NCBI GenBank assembly: GCA_965655095.1
Contig: OZ296651.1
Span: 38,378,001-38,442,000, forward strand
Direction: 5' to 3'
From: Haplodiscus bocki
Lineage: Eukaryota
DNA: 64,000 nt
In this document: positions 52,401 to 64,000 of the stretch, in pieces
How the letters are laid out: each line of letters begins with the position of its first letter
How positions within the stretch are numbered: the stretch's first letter is position 1
The notes under the pieces: generated by a model
The model's database searches: none
What the model saw: only the letters and a program-made list of their open reading frames with translations
What the model was told of the DNA's origin: nothing
Position numbers and translations under genes: made by a program

Positions 52401-55400
52401 ACTGCCCTTCAAGTTTCCAAAAAAACATGAAACTAAATTCCAAAACAATCAATAATTGTGAACTTCTCCGGACATTGAGCTGCAATTTCTTGGGTTTTAG
52501 CTAAAACGTTTTCTGCAGGATTGACAAAACTGCAGTCTGGGTATTCAGAAGAACAATTTAGGTGGAAGAAAATAACAAAAATCTATCTATTTCCAAGACT
52601 TTGATTAATTTTGTTGCCTACCGTGAGTTGCGTAATGAGTGGCTTTTTAGGCTGCGTTCAACGTGTCCAGGGGATGATTATAGGAGAAAAAAACTGAAAG
52701 AAGGTAACATTTCGAAATTTCAACTCTTTCTAGGACTTATTTTCAAAAAGTTTTGGAACATGCATTTTAAAAACTGGTCTGGTTTTATAAAAAAAACATT
52801 TAACGTGTCCAGATGTTCAAAATGGGGAACAAATTGTGGACAAATTTAATTATATTCTTGAGTTTTTGACAAAAATATCCAGAACTTTCGACAGATTTTT
52901 TTCCGAAGGTCTTCCAGAGACACCTGTTAGGAATTCTTTCGAAGTTTGTTCATCTTTACGGACTTCGCGCGGGAGTAACCGGACCCTGAGTAACAAAGTT
53001 TTAGTTGGTTTGTCAACTAAAATAAATCTGAAAAGCGTGTCAAAGCTAAGTTGTAGGTATGCGGGGACAATTTGTAACGACGAAGAATTGTAAACAAAGA
53101 GATTTTTTATTTTTTGCGGACGTTGAGCAAGAGTTTATCCGCAAGATTGTCATAACTGCAACCTACATGTCCCTAATTACAATTGAAAATTTTTTTTGCA
53201 AATCTTAATCTGATAATTGTTCTTTTTTTGAATTTTAGCCAAAAGCAATTCTGATTTTGAGTGACAAAGATTCGTCACGGTAGTCAATCTTGAAGTCTCT
53301 TTGATTATACGAATGATATGCGGTCTGAAATTGGGTTACCACGTTCAGTCCCGTTTGGCTTGTCACAAGAGACGGAGACGCTGCATATTTAGGGATTGAT
53401 TTTCGTGTGATTGAGAAACGCAAAAAAAATTAGGCAACAGGAGCGCAGCGCTGTCCTCGGGGCAGGTGTTTTTTGAAAAACAAGGAATTCGTTCCATCAC
53501 CTTCCAACACCTTTCATATGAAACTGCTGCGTTTCTTGGTTTTGACATTAACCAGAGCTTGTCGCAAACCATCGGAAAAGAATATGTTTTAAGGTTTTTA
53601 GCGAGTAAAGTTTTCAGAAATTTTTTCTGCCTCTAGTCAAATTATTGTGTAAGACACCTTGGAGTCTTGTTTTGGTTTTGTGCAAAAATCGCCTAAAATT
53701 ACTTGTTGAACTGGATAAAGTGGTTCAGACGGCAATTTCATATAAAATATTTTTAACGCTTTTGATAGAAATTTTCGGGAGGATTGTCAAAACAGCACTC
53801 CCAAACTCAGCAGGAGCATATTGAGGAAGAGTATTGGGTTTGAAAACAAAACGTTAGTAAGTTTTTTGAGCCATAAAGTTTCCGACTCAATTCAGAAAAC
53901 TTTCAACAGTTTTGCTGAAACTGCATTCCAAGTATTCAAGAAAATGTTTTTGCGAAATTACACAGTAAAAACAATCTTTTGTTTTGAATTTTTTTTAACA
54001 TCTTAGCAAGAATAGCTCAATACTCGACTGGGTTGTCAAAATTGCGTTACATGGTTCTATTGGAGCATTCTGACGATCCTATTTTCTTTGAATTACGGTC
54101 AGTATATATTTTGGAAAATACACAAGCTTTTTTTTGAAGGGTTGTCCGGACTGCGTTCCAAAAATCCGGAAAAAAACGTTTCTACTGAAGTTAATATCCA
54201 AAAAAAACACTACTTTTGAACTTTTCAGGACATTGACCACGATTTTTTTGGGTTTTATTCAAAACTTTTTCTGCAGGATTGACAAAACTGCAGTCTGCGT
54301 ATCCAGAGGAATGTTTTAGTAAGAAAAAAATAACAAAAAACGATCAATTCCTGCGATTTACATTATTTTTGTTGCCTACCGTGAATTGCAAAATGAGTGG
54401 TTCTTCAGGTTGCATTCAAGGTGTCCAGGGGACGATTACAGGAGAAAAACTGAGAGAAGGTAGAATTTCGAAATTTCAATTTTTTCTCGGACTTTTAATC
54501 AAAACTTTTTGGACACTGCATGATAAGATTTGGGCCGGTTTTTTTAAAAAAACTTTAAACGTGTACAGATGTTCAAAGTGGGGAACAAAATGGAAACAAT
54601 TTTAAATATAATTTTGAGCTTTTGACAAAAATATCTAGAACTTTCGACAGAATATTTTCCGATGGTCTTTCAGAGACACCTGTTAGGAAAACTTTCAAAG
54701 TTTATTCATCTTTACGGATTTCGTGCGAGAGTAACCGGACCCTGAATAACAAAATTATAGTTGGTTTTTTTACTAGAAAATATCCGAGAAGAGTGTCAAA
54801 TCTAAGTACGTATGCGGAGACAATTTGTAGTTTCAGAAAATTGTAAACAAAGAAAATTTTTAATTGTTGCGGACGTTGAGCAAGAGTTTATCGGCAAGAT
54901 TGCCAAACCTGCAACCTCGTGTCCCCAATTCCATTTGGAGAAATTTTTTGCAAACCTTATTCTGTTAATTGATCTTTTTTGAACTTTAGCCAAAGCAATT
55001 CTGATTTTGAGTGACAAAGATTAGTCAAGGTAGTCAGCCTTGATTTCTTTTTGAACACACGAACAATATATGCGGTCTGAAAATGAGTGACCACGTTCAG
55101 TCCCGTTTGGCTTGTCACAAGAGACGTAAGCGCTGCGTATTGAGGGATTGATTTTTGTGTGAATAAAAAACGCAAAAAAACTGGGCAACAGGAGCGCAGC
55201 GCTAACCTCGGGGCGGGTGTTTTTTGAAAAACAAGGAATTCGTTCCATCGCCTTTCAACACATTTCATATGAAACTGCTGCGTTTCCTGGTTTTGACATT
55301 AACCAGAGCTTGTCGCAAGTCATCGGAAAAGAATACGTTTTAAGTTTTTTAGCGAGTAAAGTTTTCAGAAATTTTTTCTGCCTCTAGTCAAATTATTGTG

Positions 55401-58400
55401 TACGACACCTTGGATTCTTGTTTTGGTTTTGTGCAAAAAGTGACTAAAGTTACTTGTTGAACTGAAGAATTTGCATCAGAAGGTCTTTTAATATAAAACA
55501 TTTTCAATGCTTTTGACAGAAACTTTCGGGAGGATTGTCAAAACAGCACTCCGAAACTCGACAAGAGCATATTGAGAAAGAGTCTTGGGTTTGAAACAAA
55601 ACCTTAAAGTGTTTTTTGAGCCATAAAAATATGCCGACTCAAATCAGAAATCTTTCAACAGGTTTGCTGAAACTGCAATCCATGTAATCAGACAAATGTT
55701 TTTGGAAAAAACACCCATTGAAAACATTCTTTTGTTTTGAATCTCTGTTTGAAATTTTACCAAGAATAGCTTGATACTCAACTGGGTTGTCAAAATTGCG
55801 TTTTATGATTCCATTGGAGTCTTTTGACGATCCTGTTTTTTTGAATTACGGTCAGTATCTATTTCGGAATATACACAAGCTTTTTTTCGAAGGGTTGTCC
55901 GGACTGCCTTCCAAAAGTCCGAAAAAACATCTCTACTGAAATATGAAAATATTATTCAAAACGAACAGTAGTTTCGAACTTTTCAGGACACTGAGCACGA
56001 ACTTCTTGGGTTTTATGCAAAAAATTTTCTGCAGCATTGGCGAAACTGCAGTCTACGTATCCAGGGGAACGTTTTACTTAGAAAAATTTAACAAAAAATG
56101 ATCAATTTCTGTGATTTTGATTATATTTGTTGCCTACCGTGAGTTGCAAAATGAGTGGTTCTTTAGGTTGCATTCAACCTGTCCAGGGGACGAGTATAGG
56201 AGAAAAAAGAGAGAAGGTAAGATTTTTGAACTTCAACTTTTTCTCGGATTTTAATCAAAAATTATTGGACCCTGCATGATAAAATTTGGGCTCGTTTTAA
56301 TAAAAAAACGTTTAACGTGTCCAGATGTTCAAAGTGGGGAAGAAATGGGAACAAATTTAATTCTATTTTTGAGTTTTTGACAAAAATATCTAAACATTCG
56401 ACAGAAAATTTACCATATGTCTTTCAGAACTGCATTCGACGTGTCCAGAGACACCTGTTAGGAATATTTTCAAAGCTTGTTCATCTTCACGGACTTCGCG
56501 CGAGAGTAACCGGACCCTGAGTAACAAAATTATAGTTGGTTTTGTTAATTAAAAATTATTCGAGAAGCTTGTCGAAGCTAAGTTGTACGTATGCGGGGAC
56601 AACTTGCAGTGTCGGAAAAATGTAAACAAAGAGAATTTTTATTTTTTCCGAACGTTGAGCAAAATTTTATCGGCAAGGTTGTCAAAAATGCACCCTACGT
56701 GTCCCCAATTCCATTTGGAGAACTTTTTTGCAAACCTTACTCTGTTAATTGTCCTTTTTTGAATTTTAGCCAAAGCAATTTTGATTTTGAGTGACAAAGA
56801 TTCCACAAGGTAGTCAATCTTAGTTTCTTTTTGAATATACGAAAGATATGCGGTCTGAAAATGGCTGACCACGTTCAATCCAGTTTGGTTTGTCACAAAA
56901 GACGGAAACGCTGCATATTGAGGGATTGATTATCCTGTGAGTGAAAAACGAGAAAAACTAGGCACCAAGATCGCAGCGCTAGCCTCGGGGCAAGGCTTTT
57001 CTGGAAAACAAGGAGTTCGTGCCATCATCTTTCGACACCATTCAAATGAAAATGCTGCGTTTCTCGGTTTTGACATTAACCAGAGCTTGTCGCAAGTCAT
57101 CGGAAAAGAATAATTTTAAGTTTATTAGCAAGTAACCTTTTCAGAAATTTTTTCTGCCTCTAGTAAAGTTATTCTGTAAGACACCTTGGAGTCTTGTTTT
57201 GGTTTTGTGCAAAAATTGTCTAAAGTTACTTGTTGAACTGAATAATTTGATTCAGCGGGCGTTTTCATAAAATTTTTTTTTAATGCTTTTGACAGAAACT
57301 TTCGGGAGGATTGTCAGAACAGCTCTCCGAAACTCGATGTGGGCATATTGAGGAAGAGTCTTGAGTTTGAAAACAAAATGTTAGTAGGTTTATTGAGCCA
57401 AAAAAATGCCGACTCAATTCGAAAAACCTTCAACAGTTTTGCTGAAACTGCTTTCCATGTAATTAAAAAATGTTTTTGGGAAAAAACACAGTGAAATCAA
57501 TCATTTCTTTTGAAACTTTTATTGAATTTCCAGCAAGATTAACTCGATACGCAACTGGGCTGTCAAAATTGCGTTACATGATTCTATTCGAGCCTTTGGA
57601 CGATCCTACTTTCTTTGAATTACGGTCAGTATCTGTTTTGGAATATACACAGGCTTTTTTTCGATGGGTTGTCCGGACTGCCTTCCAAAAGTCCGAAAAA
57701 ACGTTTCTACTGAAAATCTGAAAATAATATCCAAAACAAGCAATATTTTTGAAGTTTTCAGGTTATTGAGCACGAATTTCTTGGGTTTTAAGAAAAACTT
57801 TTTCTGCAGGATTAACAAAACTGCAGTCTGCATATCCAGAGGAACGTTTTAGTAAAAGAAAGTTAACAAAAAATGATCAACTTCTGGGATTTTGACTAAT
57901 TTTCTTGCCTACCGTGAGATGCAAAAGGACTGGTTCTTCAGGCTGCATTCAACGTGTCCAGGGGATGAATATAGGAGAAAGAAAACTGAAAAAAGCTAAG
58001 ATTTCGAAATTTCAACTTTTTTTCGGACTTTTAATCAAAAATTTTTGGACCCTGCATGATAAAATTTGGGCTCGTTTTGTTAAGAAAAATGTAACGTGTC
58101 CAGATGTTCAAAATGGGAAAAAATGGAAACAAATTTATTTATATTTTATAGTTTTGGACAAAAATATCTAGAACTTTCGACAAAAATTTTTCCGAAGGTT
58201 TTTCAGAACTGCTTTCGACGTGTCCATAGACACCTGTTAGGATTACTTTCAAAGTTTGTTCATCTTTACGGATTTCTCGCGAGAGTAACCGGACCCTGAG
58301 GAACAAAATTATAGTTGGTTTTGTTAAGTAAAATTTATCCGAGAAGCGTGTCAAAGCTAAGTTGTACGTATGCGGGGACAATTTGTAACGACGCAAAATT

Positions 58401-61400
58401 GTAAACAAAGACGTTTTATATTTTTTGCGGACGTTGAGCAAGAGTTTATCGGCAAGATTGTCATAACTGCAACCTACGTGTCCCTAATTACAATTGAAAA
58501 TTTTTTTTTGCAAATCCTAATCTGATAATTGTTCTTTTTTTGAAATTTAGCCAAGCAATTCTGATTTTGAGTGACAAAGATTCGTCAAGGTAGTCAATCT
58601 TGATTTCTCTATGAACAAACGAATGAAATGCGGTCTGAAATTGGTTGACCACGTTTAGTCCAGTTTGGCTTGTCACAGGAGACTGAAACGCTTCAAACTG
58701 AGGGATTGATTTTTGTGTGAGTGAATCGCAAAAAAACTAGGCAACAGGAGCGTAGCGCTATCTTCGGGGCAGGTCTTTTTTGAAAAACAAGGAGTTCGTT
58801 CCATATCACTTTTCAACACATTCCATATGAAACTGCTGCGTTTCCTGGTTTTGACATTAACCAGAGCTTGTCGCAAGTCATCGGAAAAGAATACGTTTTA
58901 AGTTTTTCAGCGAGTGAACTTTCCAAATCTTTTTTCTGCTCCTAGTCAAGTTATTGTGTCAGACACCTTGGATTCTTGTTTTGGTTTTGTGCAAAAAGTG
59001 ACTAAAGTTACTTGTTGAACTGAAGAATTTGCATCAGAAGGTCTTTTAATATAAAACATTTTCAATGCTTTTGACAGAAACTTTCGGGAGGATTGTCAAA
59101 ACAGCACTCCGAAACTCGACAAGAGCATATTGAGAAAGAGTCTTGGGTTTGAAAACAAAACCTTAAAGTGTTTTTTGAGCCATAAAAATATGCCGACTCA
59201 AATCAGAAATCTTTCAACAGGTTTGCTGAAACTGCAATCCATGTAATCAGACAAATGTTTTTGGAAAAAACACCCATTGAAAACATTCTTTTGTTTTGAA
59301 TCTCTGTTTGAAATTTTACCAAGAATAGCTTGATACTCAACTGGGTTGTCAAAATTGCGTTTTATGATTCCATTGGAGTCTTTTGACGATCCTGTTTTTT
59401 TGAATTACGGTCAGTATCTATTTCGGAATATACACAAGCTTTTTTTCGAAGGGTTGTCCGGACTGCCTTCCAAAAGTCCGAAAAAACATCTCTACTGAAA
59501 TATGAAAATATTATTCAAAACGAACAGTAGTTTCGAACTTTTCAGGACACTGAGCACGAACTTCTTGGGTTTTATGCAAAAAATTTTCTGCAGCATTGGC
59601 GAAACTGCAGTCTACGTATCCAGAGGAACGTTTTACTTAGAAAAATTTAACAAAAAATGATCAATTTCTGTGATTTTGATTATATTTGTTGCCTACCGTG
59701 AGTTGCAAAATGAGTGGTTCTTTAGGTTGCATTCAACCTGTCCAGGGGACGAGTATAGGAGAAAGAAGAGAGAAGGTAAGATTTTTGAACTTCAACTTTT
59801 TCTCGGATTTTAATCAAAAATTATTGGACCCTGCATGATAAAATTTGGGCTCGTTTTAATAAAAAAACGTTTAACGTGTCCAGATGTTCAAAGTGGGGAA
59901 GAAATGGGAACAAATTTAATTCTATTTTTGAGTTTTTGACAAAAATATCTAAACATTCGACAGAAAATTTACCATATGTCTTTCAGAACTGCATTCGACG
60001 TGTCCAGAGACACCTGTTAGGAATATTTTCAAAGCTTGTTCATCTTCACGGACTTCGCGCGAGAGTAACCGGACCCTGAGTAACAAAATTATAGTTGGTT
60101 TTGTTAATTAAAAATTATTCGAGAAGCTTGTCGAAGCTAAGTTGTACGTATGCGGGGACAACTTGCAGTGTCGGAAAAATGTAAACAAAGAGAATTTTTA
60201 TTTTTTCCGAACGTTGAGCAAAATTTTATCGGCAAGGTTGTCAAAAATGCACCCTACGTGTCCCCAATTCCATTTGGAGAACTTTTTTGCAAACCTTACT
60301 CTGTTAATTGTCCTTTTTTGAATTTTAGCCAAAGCAATTTTGATTTTGAGTGACAAAGATTCCACAAGGTAGTCAATCTTAGTTTCTTTTTGAATATACG
60401 AAAGATATGCGGTCTGAAAATGGCTGACCACGTTCAATCCAGTTTGGTTTGTCACAAAAGACGGAAACGCTGCATATTGAGGGATTGATTATCCTGTGAG
60501 TGGAAAACGCGAAAAACTAGGCACCAAGAGCGCAGCGCTAGCCTCGAGGCAAGGCTTTTCTGGAAAACAAGGAGTTCGTGCCATCATCTTTCGACACCAT
60601 TCAAATGAAAATGCTGCGTTTCTCGGTTTTGACATTAACCAGAGCTTGTCGCAAGTCATCGGAAAAGAATAATTTTAAGTTTATTAGCAAGTAACCTTTT
60701 CAGAAATTTTTTCTGCCTCTAGTAAAGTTATTCTGTAAGACACCTTGGAGTCTTGTTTTGGTTTTGTGCAAAAATTGTCTAAAGTTACTTGTTGAACTGA
60801 ATAATTTGATTCAGCGGGCGTTTTCATAAAATTTTTTTTTAATGCTTTTGACAGAAACTTTCGGGAGGATTGTCAGAACAGCTCTCCGAAACTCGATGTG
60901 GGCATATTGAGGAAGAGTCTTGAGTTTGAAAACAAAATGTTAGTAGGTTTATTGAGCCAAAAAAATGCCGACTCAATTCGAAAAACCTTCAACAGTTTTG
61001 CTGAAACTGCTTTCCATGTAATTAAAAAATGTTTTTGGGAAAAAACACAGTGAAATCAATCATTTCTTTTGAAACTTTTATTGAATTTCCAGCAAGATTA
61101 ACTCGATACGCAACTGGGCTGTCAAAATTGCGTTACATGATTCTATTCGAGCCTTTGGACGATCCTACTTTCTTTGAATTACGGTCAGTATCTGTTTTGG
61201 AATATACACAGGCTTTTTTTCGATGGGTTGTCCGGACTGCCTTCCAAAAGTCCGAAAAAACGTTTCTACTGAAAATCTGAAAATAATATCCAAAACAAGC
61301 AATATTTTTGAAGTTTTCAGGTTATTGAGCACGAATTTCTTGGGTTTTAAGAAAAACTTTTTCTGCAGGATTAACAAAACTGCAGTCTGCATATCCAGAG

Positions 61401-64000
61401 GAACGTTTTAGTAAAAGAAAGTTAACAAAAAATGATCAACTTCTGGGATTTTGACTAATTTTCTTGCCTACCGTGAGATGCAAAAGGACTGGTTCTTCAG
61501 GCTGCATTCAACGTGTCCAGGGGATGAATATAGGAGAAAGAAAACTGAAAAAAGGTAAGATTTCGAAATTTCAACTTTTTTTCGGACTTTTAATCAAAAA
61601 TTTTTGGACCCTGCATGATAAAATTTGGGCTCGTTTTGTTAAGAAAAATGTAACGTGTCCAGATGTTCAAAATGGGAAAAAATGGAAACAAATTTATTTA
61701 TATTTTATAGTTTTGGACAAAAATATCTAGAACTTTCGACAAAAATTTTTCCGAAGGTTTTTCAGAACTGCTTTCGACGTGTCCATAGACACCTGTTAGG
61801 ATTACTTTCAAAGTTTGTTCATCTTTACGGATTTCTCGCGAGAGTAACCGGACCCTGAGGAACAAAATTATAGTTGGTTTTGTTAAGTAAAATTTATCCG
61901 AGAAGCGTGTCAAAGCTAAGTTGTACGTATGCGGGGACAATTTGTAACGACGCAAAATTGTAAACAAAGACGTTTTATATTTTTTGCGGACGTTGAGCAA
62001 GAGTTTATCGGCAAGATTGTCATAACTGCAACCTACGTGTCCCTAATTACAATTGAAAATTTTTTTTTGCAAATCCTAATCTGATAATTGTTCTTTTTTT
62101 GAAATTTAGCCAAGCAATTCTGATTTTGAGTGACAAAGATTCGTCAAGGTAGTCAATCTTGATTTCTCTATGAACAAACGAATGAAATGCGGTCTGAAAT
62201 TGGTTGACCACGTTTAGTCCAGTTTGGCTTGTCACAGGAGACTGAAACGCTTCAAACTGAGGGATTGATTTTTGTGTGAGTGAATCGCAAAAAAACTAGG
62301 CAACAGGAGCGTAGCGCTATCTTCGGGGCAGGTCTTTTTTGAAAAACAAGGAGTTCGTTCCATATCACTTTTCAACACATTTCATATGAAACTGCTGCGT
62401 TTCTTGGTTTTGACCTTAACCAGAGCTTGTCGCAAGTCATCGGAAAAGAATACGTTTTAAGTTTTTCAGCGACTGAACTTTCCAAATCTTTTTTCTGCTC
62501 CTAGTCAAGTTATTGTGTCAGACACCTTGGAGTCTTGTTTTGGTTTAGTGCGAAAATTCCTAAATTTATTTGTTGAACTGAATAATTTGATTCAGAGGGC
62601 GTTTTCATTTATTTTTTTTTGCAAGCTTTTGACAGAAACGTTCGAAAGGATTGTCAAAACAGCACTCCGAAAATCGACAGGAGTATATTGAGGAAGAGTC
62701 TTGGGTTTAAAAACAAAATGTTAGTAGTTTTTTTCAGCCATAGAATTGCCGACTCAATTCAGAAAACTTTCAACAGTTTTGCTGAAACTGCATTCCAAGT
62801 AATCAAGAAATTGTTTTCGGGAAAATACACAGTGAAAACGTTCTTTTGGTTTGAATCTTTTTTTAAAATCTTAGCAATATGAGCTCGATACTCGACTGGG
62901 TTGTCAAAATTGCGTTACATGATTCTTTTGGAGCCTTTTGACGATCCTATTTTTTTGAACTACGGTCAGTATTTTTTTGAACTATACACAAGCATTTTTC
63001 GGATGTTGTCCAGACTGCTTTTCAAGTGTATAAAAGAACGTTTCCAGTGGAATTTATTTTCAAAATTATCATTTTTTTCTTTTCGAAATTTTTCACACAA
63101 TGAGCAAAAATTCTGGGGTTTTGGTTAGAACTTTTTCTGCAGGTTGACAAAACTGCAGTCTGTGTTTCCAGAAGACCACTTTAGTAAGAAAAAGTTAACA
63201 AGATTTTGAAAGTCTTTGGGAATTTGAGGAGGTTGTTTTTAGGCTGCATTCAACGAGCCCAAGGGGTGACTGTAGGAGAAAAATTTCAAGAAAAGGAAGA
63301 TTTCAACTTATATCCGGAATTTTAGCCGCAAATCTGTGGTCCCTGAAAGACAATTTTTGGCTAGTTTTAAATAAGAACGGTTTTACACGTCCATGAAACA
63401 ACGTGGTGCAGAAATTTGAAAGAAAAAAGAAATGTATTACTTTGTTGGACTTTGACATAAAATATTCAGAACTTTTGAAAATTAATTTTGCAAACGTCTT
63501 TCAGAACTGCATTTGACGTGTCCAGAGAAACTTGTTAGGAATTATTTCAACGTTTGTTCAATTTTACGGACTTCGAGTGAAAGTAATCGGGCCCTGTGTA
63601 AAAAAATTTAGTTGGTTTTGTTAACTAGAAATTATCCAAAAAGCGTGCCAAAGCCAAGTTTTGCGTATGCGGGGACAATTTGTATTGTCGGCAACTTCTA
63701 ATCAAGAAGAATTCTTACGGCCTGCGGACGTTGAGCAAGAGTTTTTCAGCAAGATTGTTAAAACTGCAACATACTTGTCCTTAAGTCTTTTTGGAGAAAC
63801 TTTTTTGCAAACCTGATTATGTTAATTGTCTTTTTTGGATTTTTCGCAGAAACAATTGTGTTTTTGAGTGACAAAGTTTCGTGAAGGTGGTCAAACTTGA
63901 CTTTTTCTTGACTATGCGATCGATTCGCAGTCTTAAAATACATGACTATGTTCACTCCGACCTAGCCTAGCGTGTCACCGGAGACAGAAACGCTGCATAC
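46420..64000. repeat. Macrosatellite, ~1.75-1.78-kb unit, about 10 copies, reaching the window end
   Basis: Marker AACCAGAGCTTG at 46554, 48310, 50051, 51800, 53550, 55301, 57078, 58859, 60637 and 62418. Confidence 0.95.

Noticed and set aside
46313-63955. Numerous 60-120-aa ORFs in the macrosatellite
   Set aside because: Phe/Lys-rich translations of A/T tracts; frames are not conserved between monomers.

Overview
Repeat-dominated eukaryotic (probably animal) genomic window; no recognisable intact host gene, rRNA, tRNA or CRISPR array. (1) 1-3112: right end of a Polinton/Maverick (adintovirus-like) element with penton C-terminus, a small basic cupiennin-like protein, a frameshifted major capsid gene, an adenain protease with Tyr at the expected catalytic His, and a repeat-rich terminal region ending ACTACT. 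It is inserted at GGCACC in one copy of (2) a ~2.45-kb tandem repeat with nested LTR-like fragments and a 2.25-kb duplication (3113-~19000). (3) 20320-35687: a 15.4-kb degenerate Ty3/Gypsy LTR retrotransposon with TGTCA..TGACA LTRs, PBS, PPT and a 5-bp TSD with one mismatch. It has a 2-kb internal inversion and a gag frame starting inside the LTR. Most notably, it carries a ~4.2-kb antisense, multi-intron gene resembling a catalytically altered hAT transposase, plus a divergent sense ORF running into the 3' LTR. (4) A 200-N gap, then decayed Gypsy pol remnants and a 5'-truncated LINE (38-43.7 kb). (5) 46.4-64 kb: a ~1.75-1.78-kb macrosatellite (about 10 units) with dimeric higher-order structure. 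All family calls come from motif recognition by eye; no searches were run.
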